Shown here one piece after another: positions 55,751 to 64,000 of a DNA stretch of 64,000 nt. The stretch spans positions 318 through 64,317 of the forward strand of contig DATJXE010000005.1 of the NCBI GenBank assembly GCA_035500505.1, in the 5' to 3' direction. Each line of letters opens with the position of its first letter. Position 1 is the stretch's first letter. The position numbers and the translations under genes are program-made. The stretch comes from Minisyncoccota bacterium (GTDB lineage: Bacteria; Patescibacteriota; Minisyncoccia; Phycocordibacterales; UBA2100). Under the pieces are notes generated by a model. It searched no databases, was not told the DNA's origin, and was given only the letters and a program-made list of their open reading frames with translations.

Positions 55751-57448
55751 TTAATTGGCGTACTGCGGGTTGTTCGCGATCAGCGTTTGGAAGAACGGGA
55801 TCATGCTTGCTTCGGCATTGTGGGTTTCGGTCGAAGGGCCTTTTTCGAGAACGACCGCAAAGGCGTACTTCGGGTCGCTCGCCGGCCAATAGCCGATGAC
55901 CCATGAGTTGACCCATTGGTTGTGGACGCCGATCTGCGCCGTTCCGGTCTTCACGGCGAGTTCGATGCCGGGAATGTCGAGAATATTGTCGATGGCATCC
56001 TTCCGGGTCGACGTTACGGCGAGCCGCATGCCCGCGCGCACGACCGCGAGATCCGAATCTGGTATCGGAATTTGCGTGAATGCCGGGGTCGACGAGGCGA
56101 GCAGTTGTGGCGTCATGAGCTTCCCGCCATTCGCTATCGCGGCGACGTACCGAACGGCCTGTATCGGCGTTATCTGGAACCCGTACTGTCCGATTGCCGT
56201 GTGATACGTATCGCCGAGAAGCCAGGGTTCGTTGGAGCCGAACACGCTCGCTTTCCACTGCGGCGAAGGAACGACGCCGGCCTGTTCGCCCGAAAGCGCA
56301 ATGCCAGTTTTCTCTCCCAGACCAAATTCTTCGGCATACTTGTCGAGTCCCGATACCCCGAGACCGGGCTGGCCCTGGTAGCCGCCGCCTATCGTGTAGA
56401 AATATTCGTCGGAGGAAACCGCGATCGCCGTTTCCATGTCGATGGGGCCGTGCACCGTCCAGTCGTTAAAGATGCTCGGTTGATCCGGGTTGAAGGGGTT
56501 GGGTATCGTGATATGCCCCGTCGACACGATGATCTTGTCGGGCGTGATGATGCCGGCATCGAGCGCGCCGGCAGCGAATATCGTTTTGACGATGGAACCT
56601 GGCGCGTACAAACCGCCGACCGCGCGGTCGAGGAGCGGAGAATTCGGATTGGCATTGGCAGCGGCGATGGCATCGCTCCCCTGTTGGAACGCATTGTTGT
56701 CGTATTCCGGGAAACTCGTGAGTGCGAGAAGCTGTCCCGTCCGCACGTCCATGATGAGGCCCGCGCCGCCGACGAATCCGTCAACATGCGCGCCGTTCAC
56801 TATCGCCGTGTAAAGCTCGCGCTGCAGGTCCGCGTCGATCGAGAGCGTAAGGTTGTCGCCGTTCACCGGCGGCGAAACGATGTCGGAGCGCACGGGATGA
56901 CCCTTGGCATCGGTCTCAAGCATTTGCGCGCCGTTTTGTCCCTGGAGCAGCGAATTATACGTGAGTTCGACGCCGGACACGCCGGCGTAGTTCTCTCGCC
57001 ACCAGGCGCCGTTCTGGTCCTGTTTCGGGTACGTAACGAATCCGAGGAGGACGGAAAAGCCGGGAGAATCGATGTATTGCCTGAGCGCGTACGGCTTCGT
57101 CGTCGTGCCGTTCTGCTCGGGCGCAGCGACGTTCCACGCGAGCTCTTTTCCGTTCCTATCGTAAATGATGCCGCGCTGTGCGAACACGATGTCGCTTTCG
57201 AGCGTATTTTTGAGGGAGATGTCCGCGTAGGTCGCGCCGCGCGCGATCTGCAGCTCGAACGCCCGCGCGCCGAACGCGAGTGCTATGGCGAGGAACACGA
57301 CGCCCACTCCGGCGATCGCGCGCCGATGCATCGGCCGCTCGACGCGACCTTCGAACTGGCTCATCTCGTGGCCGGGTAAGTTGGAGGAGTCGAGAAAGAT
57401 TTCCTCGGGGGCGATCTCGTGGATCTTCACGCGCTTTTTTCCGAACAT
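55751..57448 (-). CDS. mrdA: penicillin-binding protein 2 (elongasome transpeptidase)
   Basis: Trimmed to MFGKKRVK. TM, dimerisation domain, and a transpeptidase domain with SxxK (GSIVK), SxN and KTG (VKTGTAQ). Confidence 0.85.
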   Translation of the reverse strand: MFGKKRVKIHEIAPEEIFLDSSNLPGHEMSQFEGRVERPMHRRAIAGVGVVFLAIALAFGARAFELQIARGATYADISLKNTLESDIVFAQRGIIYDRNGKELAWNVAAPEQNGTTTKPYALRQYIDSPGFSVLLGFVTYPKQDQNGAWWRENYAGVSGVELTYNSLLQGQNGAQMLETDAKGHPVRSDIVSPPVNGDNLTLSIDADLQRELYTAIVNGAHVDGFVGGAGLIMDVRTGQLLALTSFPEYDNNAFQQGSDAIAAANANPNSPLLDRAVGGLYAPGSIVKTIFAAGALDAGIITPDKIIVSTGHITIPNPFNPDQPSIFNDWTVHGPIDMETAIAVSSDEYFYTIGGGYQGQPGLGVSGLDKYAEEFGLGEKTGIALSGEQAGVVPSPQWKASVFGSNEPWLLGDTYHTAIGQYGFQITPIQAVRYVAAIANGGKLMTPQLLASSTPAFTQIPIPDSDLAVVRAGMRLAVTSTRKDAIDNILDIPGIELAVKTGTAQIGVHNQWVNSWVIGYWPASDPKYAFAVVLEKGPSTETHNAEASMIPFFQTLIANNPQYAN

Positions 57449-57471
57449 GCGCGCACTATACCAAAGACGCG

Positions 57472-57726
57472 CTACGCGAGGAATTCGCTCCGCAACGGTT
57501 CGAAGGCCCACACGACGACTATCGCGCCGATCGTGAATACGGGAAGTCCGTGAAAAAGAGAGTCCGGCGAAAGCCACAAGAGGTCCATGAAGACCCCGAT
57601 CACAATGGCTTCCCACGCACGGAAACGCAGCGCGAGCAGAAAAATACAGGCGGCCGGGATGAACCACGGCAGCCATATGGCGCCGAGAAAGCCGACAACC
57701 CCGATAGCGATGCGAAGGTAGGTCAT
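57472..57726 (-). CDS. mreD: small 3-TM membrane protein, putative short MreD
   Basis: 84 aa. Its position immediately after mreC is canonical. The sequence is only weakly MreD-like. Confidence 0.4.
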   Translation of the reverse strand: MTYLRIAIGVVGFLGAIWLPWFIPAACIFLLALRFRAWEAIVIGVFMDLLWLSPDSLFHGLPVFTIGAIVVVWAFEPLRSEFLA

Positions 57727-58505
57727 GGCGTCACGTACACGTACTGCAAGGAGGCAAAACTGACCGGAAGCGCGATGGATATGCCTGCCTGCGCGTTGGC
57801 GGGATTCGAGTCGACATGTTGGACGATGCCGACGGGCCGGTTGCCGAACCCGGGCGCGAGCACCGGATCGTTCTGCGAAACTGCGACGCCGCGCGGAAGC
57901 AGCGCTTGCGCCTCGCCGCCCTGTCCCGTGGCAACGGTCTGGGCGCCGTCGATGGACACGCCTGTCTGAACGCCCGGCGCGAAGAGTTGTTCGACCAGCG
58001 ATTGGTGTTCCTGGACTTGCGTGACTTTTCCGATGACGAATCCACCCTGCATGAGAACGAGCGAACCCTCGGCGACACCGTCCGCTCTTCCCGCGCCGAC
58101 CGTGAACGTGCCGTAGGGAGAGCTTATGACGGACGACGTGACCGGCGCCGCGAGTCCAGGGGACGTTTGCGCGAGGTGCGTAAGCTGCGAAAGCGACGCA
58201 TTTTCTTGCTGCAGCACCTGGAATGCTGCTACCTGAAGTTGTCCTTGCAGGAGTTCCTCCTGGAGGGCCGCGACCTGCGCTTCAAGCGCGCTGCGCGACG
58301 TAAAGAACCCGCTTTGCGCAATGCCGTTCCCGATGGTTGCACCAACGCCCCATACGGGAGCGACGATGTCCCGCGCGGCGGCCGAAAGCTTGCCGCCGCT
58401 CGCCATGTTGACGAGCACGACCAGGAGCGCCCCGAGCGTAACGAAGAAGAGGCGGCGCCGGCCGATGCGTGCGGATGGCGCCGCGCTGCGGAATCTGGTT
58501 TCCAT
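57723..58505 (-). CDS. mreC: rod shape-determining protein MreC
   Basis: TM, coiled coil (LEAQVAALQEELLQGQLQ) and a beta-rich C-terminal domain. Confidence 0.8.
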   Translation of the reverse strand: METRFRSAAPSARIGRRRLFFVTLGALLVVLVNMASGGKLSAAARDIVAPVWGVGATIGNGIAQSGFFTSRSALEAQVAALQEELLQGQLQVAAFQVLQQENASLSQLTHLAQTSPGLAAPVTSSVISSPYGTFTVGAGRADGVAEGSLVLMQGGFVIGKVTQVQEHQSLVEQLFAPGVQTGVSIDGAQTVATGQGGEAQALLPRGVAVSQNDPVLAPGFGNRPVGIVQHVDSNPANAQAGISIALPVSFASLQYVYVTP

Positions 58506-58508
58506 ACG

Positions 58509-59591
58509 CTATTCGGTCGGCACAAGCTCCTCGTCGCTGCCAAGCAACGTGTCGCGATAGGTTTCCATGTCGTTGAGCACGGCCGACGTGCCGCGCACCA
58601 CCGCCGTGAGCGGGTCCGGCGCGACGACGACGGCGACCCCGAGGTGACGAGTCAAAAGTTCCGGAAGCCCGCGGATAAGGGCGCCGCCCCCCGCAAGAAA
58701 GATGCCGCGCAGCATGACGTCGGAGATTATCTCGGGCGGCGTCGTTTCGAGGACTTCCTTGACCGCCTCGATGAGATCCTCCACCGAGTGCCCGATGGCG
58801 TTCCTGATGTCCTGGTCGGTGATGACGATCTCGCGCGGAAGCCCCGTTACGAGGTCGCGTCCGCGTATGACGGCTTCGCGCACGTCGCGCGAAGGCTGGA
58901 CATTGGCGATGGCCATTTTTATCTCCTCTGCGGTCTTCTCGCCTATCAAAAGCTTGAATTCGTTCCTGATGTGCGCGGCGATGTCAGTGTTGAATTTGTC
59001 GCCCGCGATGCGCACGTTGCGCGAATTGACCAGACCGCCGAGCGAGACGATGCCGATGTCGGTCGTCCCGCCGCCGATGTCGATGATCATGCTGCCGGTC
59101 GGTTCGTGGATGGGAAGTTCGATGCCGATGGCGGCCGCCATCGGTTCCTCGATGATATGTACCTCGCGCGCGCCGGCCGCGCGCGCCGCGTCGCGCACCG
59201 CGCGCACTTCGACCGAGGTGATGCCCGAGGGGACCCCGACCGCAACGCGCGGCCCGAGCATCTTCGTGTGACCCTCCTGCGCTTTGTTGATGAGGTATGA
59301 AAGCATTTCGCTCGTTACTTCGAAGTCTGAAATGACGCCGTCGATGACCGGCTGCACGGCGACGATGTGCGCGGGCGTGCGCCCTAGCATGTCCTTGGCC
59401 TGCTGCCCGACCGCGACGATCTGCCCGGTCTTTTGGTTCACGGCAACGATCGAGGGCTCGTTGATGACGATGCCGCGGCCCTTCACGTAGACGAGCGTGT
59501 TGGCAGTGCCGAGGTCGATGCCGATGTCGTTGGAGAAAAGACCGAGGAACGAATCTTTCCAGCGTCGCAAGGTGTCCATGAAGCCCTTCAT
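58509..59591 (-). CDS. mreB: rod shape-determining protein MreB
   Basis: Trimmed to MKGFMDTL. IGIDLGTANTLVYV and DIGGGTTD are the actin-fold phosphate motifs. Confidence 0.9.
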   Translation of the reverse strand: MKGFMDTLRRWKDSFLGLFSNDIGIDLGTANTLVYVKGRGIVINEPSIVAVNQKTGQIVAVGQQAKDMLGRTPAHIVAVQPVIDGVISDFEVTSEMLSYLINKAQEGHTKMLGPRVAVGVPSGITSVEVRAVRDAARAAGAREVHIIEEPMAAAIGIELPIHEPTGSMIIDIGGGTTDIGIVSLGGLVNSRNVRIAGDKFNTDIAAHIRNEFKLLIGEKTAEEIKMAIANVQPSRDVREAVIRGRDLVTGLPREIVITDQDIRNAIGHSVEDLIEAVKEVLETTPPEIISDVMLRGIFLAGGGALIRGLPELLTRHLGVAVVVAPDPLTAVVRGTSAVLNDMETYRDTLLGSDEELVPTE

Positions 59592-59592
59592 A

Positions 59593-60846
59593 CTATTTCT
59601 GGAGTGCTTGCACAACCTCGCTGTCCGAGACAAAGCTCGTCGTGCCTCCTGCGCGCTCTATCCGTTCGATCCCGCCTTCCGACATCGTCTTTTCGGAAAC
59701 GACGAGACGCACCGGAATGCCGATGAGGTCGGCGTCCGCGAATTTCTCGCCGGCGCGCACGTCGCGATCGTCGTACAAGACTTCGATGCTGTTCTCGTTC
59801 AAAAGCTCGTATATCCGGTCCGCTTCCTTGACGACATCGGCGTTCCCGCCGGAAATAGAGACGAGATGCACTTTGAACGGCGCGACCTCTTCGGGCCAGA
59901 CGATCCCCTTGTCGTCGGAGAATTTTTCGACCAAAACGCCCATGAGCCTGGTGATGCCGATCCCGTACGAACCCATCCACACCGGAGTATCCTTGCCTTC
60001 CGCGTCCTTGATGGTGAGGCCGAGGTCCGTCGCCTTTTGCTGTCCGAAATTAAAGATGTTGCCGACCTCCGCCGTGTGCACTTTTTCCAGCGAACTTCTC
60101 GAGGTGCCGAGGTTCGAAAGCGTCTCTTCGTTCATGACCTCTTCGTTGATGGCGATGCCTTTCTTGGCATCGAGGTATATCGTGTCTTCGCCGGTCTCGC
60201 ACACCGTCTGGAATTCATGGCTGAACTTGGTGAACGCTCCGCCCGCGGCAAAGGTGACATAGGTGCTGTCGCCGAGGCCAAGCCGCTCAAAGACGCGCAT
60301 GTATGCGGGCTTCGTTGATTCGTAATATGCAAGGTGCGACGCCTCGTCCGCCGCGAAGGAATACATGTCTTTCATGACGAATTCCCTCCCCCGCATGATG
60401 CCGCTTTTCGCGCGTGCCTCGTTCCGGAATTTCGTTTGGAATTGATATACGGATACGGGCAAGTCCTTGTAGCTCGATAGGAAATTCTTCATCATGTCGC
60501 CGATCGGTTCTTCGTGGCTCCACGCCAAGCCGACCTCGCCGCCGGCTTTCAGCTCCGATTTGAACCACACGTCCACGACCTGGTCGCTCCACCGGCTTGT
60601 GCGTTCCCACAACTCCTTCCGCTGCAGCGCCGTCATGATGATCTCCTGTCCGCGGATCGCGTTCATCTCTTCGCGTACGACTTGCTTAATCCTCTCGAGC
60701 ACGCGCAGCCCGAGCGGCAGGTAGGCGTATACGCCGGCCATCTCTTTGTGAATGTATCCCGCGCGGATGAGGAGCTGCGCGTTCTTCGCGACCTCGTCCT
60801 TCGGAGCGGATTTCCGGGTTTTGGTGAAAAGCTCCGATTGGCGCAT
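59593..60846 (-). CDS. proS: prolyl-tRNA synthetase, short form (417 aa) without an insertion editing domain
   Basis: Class II motifs and a ProRS anticodon-binding domain. Length is 417 aa. Confidence 0.85.
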   Translation of the reverse strand: MRQSELFTKTRKSAPKDEVAKNAQLLIRAGYIHKEMAGVYAYLPLGLRVLERIKQVVREEMNAIRGQEIIMTALQRKELWERTSRWSDQVVDVWFKSELKAGGEVGLAWSHEEPIGDMMKNFLSSYKDLPVSVYQFQTKFRNEARAKSGIMRGREFVMKDMYSFAADEASHLAYYESTKPAYMRVFERLGLGDSTYVTFAAGGAFTKFSHEFQTVCETGEDTIYLDAKKGIAINEEVMNEETLSNLGTSRSSLEKVHTAEVGNIFNFGQQKATDLGLTIKDAEGKDTPVWMGSYGIGITRLMGVLVEKFSDDKGIVWPEEVAPFKVHLVSISGGNADVVKEADRIYELLNENSIEVLYDDRDVRAGEKFADADLIGIPVRLVVSEKTMSEGGIERIERAGGTTSFVSDSEVVQALQK

Positions 60847-61025
60847 AGCGCCCTATCATAACGCATTTCCCTATCGCGCGACAACTTCACTTGACCTTCA
60901 TCAAAATCCAGGTACACTGCTCCGGCTTGTGCGCCCCCTGTTGGTCGGATAGCACGAGACACCTCGCAGGTGTTCTTTTCGCGATTCTGCAAGGCTCGAC
61001 CTTAATAAAGAGGGAAAAGGAAAAG

Positions 61026-61217
61026 ATGAAACACAGCGATGGGCGGGAATACTTACCGCATCCCAAGGGAACGCCGCGACATGTTCCCCTTCAGTACACG
61101 CGGCCATTCCGCCTCCTGGAAGAACCGACGACTGATCCCAATGTTTCGCAAATGATGCCGATGCAGCAGCATGGCGGATCGAATCGGAAGGGCCCGAGTC
61201 TGGGAGGACGGGTGTAA
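61026..61217 (+). CDS. possible 63-aa hydrophilic small protein
   Basis: The AGGAAAAG Shine-Dalgarno sits directly upstream of the ATG. A strong terminator lies at 61252. The sequence is MKHSDGREYLPHPKGTPRHVPLQYTRPFRLLEEPTTDPNVSQMMPMQQHGGSNRKGPSLGGRV. Confidence 0.3.
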   Translation: MKHSDGREYLPHPKGTPRHVPLQYTRPFRLLEEPTTDPNVSQMMPMQQHGGSNRKGPSLGGRV

Positions 61218-61251
61218 GCGCTCCCCTGTTGAGCGCCAACAAAAACAAGAG

Positions 61252-61284
61252 CCGGTGACCTCGTGTCACCGGCCAATCTTTTTA
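61252..61284. terminator. bidirectional rho-independent terminator
   Basis: GCCGGTGAC-ctcgt-GTCACCGGC is followed by CAATCTTTTTAT on the plus strand and TCTTGTTTTTGTT on the minus strand, which ends rseP. Confidence 0.6.
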
Positions 61285-62373
61285 TGTAAACAACCGCGCG
61301 ATGTCGTGATAGGTCACCGTGACCATGAGCAGGATGATGAGCGCGACGCCGATGGTATTGAGAAGCTGAACGACGAGCTTGGGCGCGCTCTTGCGCATGA
61401 TGGCTTCGAGAAAGAGTACGACGAGGCGGCCGCCGTCGAGCGCGGGAATGGGAATGAGATTCACTATCGTAAGGTTGACCGAAATAAAGGCTGCGAGCTC
61501 GAGCACTTCTCCCCACCCGTTCCTCGCGGCATCGCCCACCTGGGAAACGAGTCCGACCGGTCCGACGACACCGGAGAGGTCCGGCGAGCCGTGTAAGGCC
61601 GTTTTCAATATCTGCCACAAACTTTGGGAAACGATGACGAACGAGCCCTCCGTCGTCCACAACGCTTGATGCATGGCCTCCAGGGGCGGCAAAGCGACGT
61701 TGGCGACGAGCACCAGGCCAACGCCGATCGCGGGGCGGCCGGCATTCTGCGGGTCGACGGAATTCGCGGGAATGATGGTCGACGTGGTCGTCGCATTACC
61801 GTGCAAATAGGTGAGCACGAGCTGCCGTCCGCCGCGATCCTCCACGAACGCGGCGACCGCGGTCGGCGTAAGCGCCGCAGGCATGTTTCCCTGCTGGTCT
61901 TCCAAAGAAAGGATCCTGTCGCCGGCCGTGATGCCTGCAGCCGAGGCCGGAGAGGCGGGAATGACGTCTGACACGAGAAGTTGTGAGGTCTCGTTGGGCT
62001 GGAGCTGGTCGACGATGCTCGGCACGCCGGTCGCAAGCGCACCGGCAAAAAGCGCCCACGCGACGATAGCGTTCATCAAAACTCCCGCGACGAGTACTAT
62101 CGCCTGTTTCCAGCGCGGAGAATCGATGAAGCTTCCCCTTCCGTGCTGGTCGCGGTCTTCCTCTTCGCCGTAGAGCCGCACGAACCCGCCGAACGGTATC
62201 CAGTTGAGCGTGTATTCGGTTCCGCCCGCCTTGCCGAAGAGGATGGCGCGCGGCGGAAACCCGATGCCGAATTCATCGACGCGAATGCCGAAAAGTTTTG
62301 CCGCTGCAAAATGCCCGAACTCGTGCGCGAGAATGAGGAATACGAGTATGACGATGACCAACACCACTGTCAT
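61282..62373 (-). CDS. rseP: site-2 protease RseP (M50 family)
   Basis: Trimmed to MTVVLVIV. It has HEFGHF (HExxH) in TM1, a PDZ domain, and the LDGG motif as ALDGGRLV. Confidence 0.8.
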   Translation of the reverse strand: MTVVLVIVILVFLILAHEFGHFAAAKLFGIRVDEFGIGFPPRAILFGKAGGTEYTLNWIPFGGFVRLYGEEEDRDQHGRGSFIDSPRWKQAIVLVAGVLMNAIVAWALFAGALATGVPSIVDQLQPNETSQLLVSDVIPASPASAAGITAGDRILSLEDQQGNMPAALTPTAVAAFVEDRGGRQLVLTYLHGNATTTSTIIPANSVDPQNAGRPAIGVGLVLVANVALPPLEAMHQALWTTEGSFVIVSQSLWQILKTALHGSPDLSGVVGPVGLVSQVGDAARNGWGEVLELAAFISVNLTIVNLIPIPALDGGRLVVLFLEAIMRKSAPKLVVQLLNTIGVALIILLMVTVTYHDIARLFT

Positions 62374-62389
62374 ACTGCTGCGCTTTGGG

Positions 62390-62941
62390 TCATGCGCCCA
62401 TCTCCGCTTCTTTCGCCTTGAACGCGCTCTCAAAATCTTCGTTGGCCTTATCGACTTTCTTCTGCAATTCGTCTTTGAGCGAGAATTTGTCGTCTTCGGT
62501 TATCTTCGAATCGCGCTCCTTTTCCTGGATCTCCTTCCACGCTTCGTCACGCGCCACACGGATGGTGGTGCGGGCTTCTTCCACTTTCGCTTTCGCCATT
62601 TTCACGAGTTCGGTGCGGCGCTCGCCGGTGAGTTCCGGGAACGTGACGCGGACCAGGCTGCCGTCGGATGACGTTCCGACACCGAGATTGGCGGCGGTTA
62701 TCGCGCGCTCGATGTCCTTGAGCGTGGATGCGTCGTACGGTTGGACGCGGATGGTGCGCGCGTCCTCGACGCCGATCTGCGCCAGTTGTTTCAACGGCAT
62801 CAAAGAGCCGTACGCCGAGACCTGCACACCGTCGAGGATGGCCGGGTTGGCGCGACCGGTGCGGAAGTTGCGGAATTCCTTCGCGAGCCACTCTTTGGCG
62901 GCCGCGAATTTCTGGTCAAGCTGTTTGAAGTCGTAGGGCAT
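62390..62941 (-). CDS. frr: ribosome recycling factor
   Basis: 183 aa. LDGVQVSAYGSLMPLKQLAQI and the C-terminal coiled coil match RRF. Confidence 0.9.
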   Translation of the reverse strand: MPYDFKQLDQKFAAAKEWLAKEFRNFRTGRANPAILDGVQVSAYGSLMPLKQLAQIGVEDARTIRVQPYDASTLKDIERAITAANLGVGTSSDGSLVRVTFPELTGERRTELVKMAKAKVEEARTTIRVARDEAWKEIQEKERDSKITEDDKFSLKDELQKKVDKANEDFESAFKAKEAEMGA

Positions 62942-62953
62942 TGCAGCAGTATA

Positions 62954-63595
62954 TCAAATCAGGAGAGCGACTTGTTCGAGAAGTGCCTTGGCGAGCGAGC
63001 CTTTGTCCCCGATGAATTTTCGTGCTCGGTACACGGCTTCGAGGCCCTCCCGGTTCTTTTCGACGTCGCGTGAAAGCTCTTGTTCGAGCCCGGAGAGGAA
63101 CGCGATGGAAGCACCGAGGTCGCGCTTATCGTCCTCGTCTTTGTCGAGCAAGGGCTTCAGCATGTCGAGGCGCTTTTCCTGTTTTGCTTTCAAAAAAGCG
63201 GCCGGATCGACGAGAAGGTCGTTCCGGTCGGCGCCAAGCGCAAGCAGTTGGGCGCGCGAGCGGAGCGTCGGCAATAGCATCTGCGGCGACGGCACCACTA
63301 TAAAAAACAGTGCGTCGGCGGAAGGCTCTTCGAGTGTCTTCAAAAGTGCGTTCTGCGCCTCGTTCGTCATGCTCGGAGCGAACACGATGAAAACGCGGCG
63401 CGCGGAGGAAATCGCGCGCGAACTTGCCCGTGCACTCAACTCCCGCGCTTCGTCCACGCCGAACGAACCGTACTCTCGCACGTACACATCCGGGTTCCCG
63501 CGCGGCTCGATTCCCTCTTTCCGAAGCAATTCGACTATGGTTTCGAGAATTGACGAATCTCCCGCCACGAGCTGCACGTTGCCGACAAAATCCAT
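62954..63595 (-). CDS. holB: short DNA polymerase III delta'-like clamp-loader subunit (no P-loop)
   Basis: NALLKTLEEPS box VII and the PTLRSRAQ sensor-1/SRC motif are present. At 213 aa it is N-terminally shorter than canonical delta'. Confidence 0.55.
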   Translation of the reverse strand: MDFVGNVQLVAGDSSILETIVELLRKEGIEPRGNPDVYVREYGSFGVDEARELSARASSRAISSARRVFIVFAPSMTNEAQNALLKTLEEPSADALFFIVVPSPQMLLPTLRSRAQLLALGADRNDLLVDPAAFLKAKQEKRLDMLKPLLDKDEDDKRDLGASIAFLSGLEQELSRDVEKNREGLEAVYRARKFIGDKGSLAKALLEQVALLI

Positions 63596-63610
63596 ATTTT
63601 GGATTGTACC

Positions 63611-64000
63611 CTACCGCTTCGCGATGATGGCTTTTTTGTAGGTATCCAAATGCTTGAGTGCTTCGCCGGTTCCTTTGGCGACACAGAAAGGTGCGTCTTT
63701 GGCGAGGCGCGCTTTGACGCCGGTGCGGCGGAAGACGAGTTCCGGCAAATTGCGCAGGAGCGACGAGCCGCCCGTCATGGTGATGCCGTTGTCGATGATG
63801 TCGGCCGCCAATTCCGGCGGCGTGTCTTGCAACACGTCCTTGATGGCCTGGATCATCGTGCGCAACTCCTTCCCTATCGCGCGCACCACTTCGTTGGTGC
63901 CGAGCTCGATGGAGCGCGGCAATCCGGTGAGATGGTCACGTCCTTTCACCGTCATCGTGAGTTCTTCATCGACGGGCACGGCCGACCCGATCTGTATCTT
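63611..64000 (-). CDS. second MreB/actin-like paralog, C-terminal part (the N-terminus lies beyond the window end)
   Basis: ITMTGGSSLLRNLPELVFRRTGVKARLAKDAPFCVAKGTG is the MreB C-terminal signature. The frame is open to the window edge. Confidence 0.75.
   Translation of the reverse strand, partial: KIQIGSAVPVDEELTMTVKGRDHLTGLPRSIELGTNEVVRAIGKELRTMIQAIKDVLQDTPPELAADIIDNGITMTGGSSLLRNLPELVFRRTGVKARLAKDAPFCVAKGTGEALKHLDTYKKAIIAKR

Noticed and set aside
60891-61025. 5' part of ORF 60891..61217(+)
   Set aside because: The first 45 codons have no SD and look like spacer sequence. Only the internal Met with the AGGA SD is retained as a candidate.
1-64000. CRISPR arrays, integrases, transposases, prophage genes
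   Set aside because: No regularly spaced direct repeats and no recombinase-like ORFs were recognised. The long inverted repeats at 11832, 14183 and 43900 are unique in sequence, so a MITE family cannot be asserted from this window alone.

Overview
GC-rich bacterial chromosomal window (GC about 60% by eye). It is densely coded and mostly housekeeping. Four aminoacyl-tRNA synthetases look reduced or archaeal-type: a 638-aa AlaRS lacking the C-Ala domain, an archaeal-type AspRS, a 417-aa ProRS and TrpRS. The grpE-dnaK-dnaJ operon has no CIRCE element. The small ribosomal operon is rpmJ-rpsM-rpsK-rpsD-rpoA-rplQ, followed by rplM-rpsI. Together with many secreted low-complexity proteins, these features suggest (inference only) a Patescibacteria/CPR-like lineage. 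Main blocks, in order: cysS (runs off the 5' edge; not in the ORF track because no stop lies in the window), corA, ctpA, rplI, rpmA, a DEDDh exonuclease, and a low-GC promoter island with a G9 tract. Then a minus-strand cell-wall cluster: M23 peptidase-gltX-murG-[structured element]-ftsW-mraY-[structured element]-dacB-scpB-scpA-aspS-trpS. Next come an orphan sensor kinase, a lone FabH-like condensing enzyme, the chaperone operon, the ribosomal/rpoA block, infA, an actin-like ASKHA protein with a bitopic membrane partner, alaS and an M16 peptidase. Then a compact minus-strand nuclease/repair operon at about 36.7-40.3 kb: secreted 140-aa protein, ATP-cone::Mrr-like endonuclease, MgtC, Cas4-like PD-(D/E)XK nuclease, Ogt (PCHRV) and Ung. 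After that: mnmA, mltG, a large membrane protein, a sigma-70 region-4 protein with an extra HTH, prs, tRNA-Val, zur-znuACB with paired TGCAA..TTGCA operator-like palindromes, and a PG-binding secreted protein. A tRNA cluster follows (tRNA-Pro CGG with a tandemly duplicated 5' half, tRNA-Pro GGG, tRNA-Ala CGC), then tspO, an SLT-like protein, greA, mrdA-mreDCB, proS, rseP, frr, a holB-like gene and a second mreB paralog running off the 3' edge. No CRISPR array, integrase or transposase was seen. The most unusual items are the nuclease/repair operon and three long intergenic inverted repeats (19-26 bp arms) that ordinary terminators do not explain.
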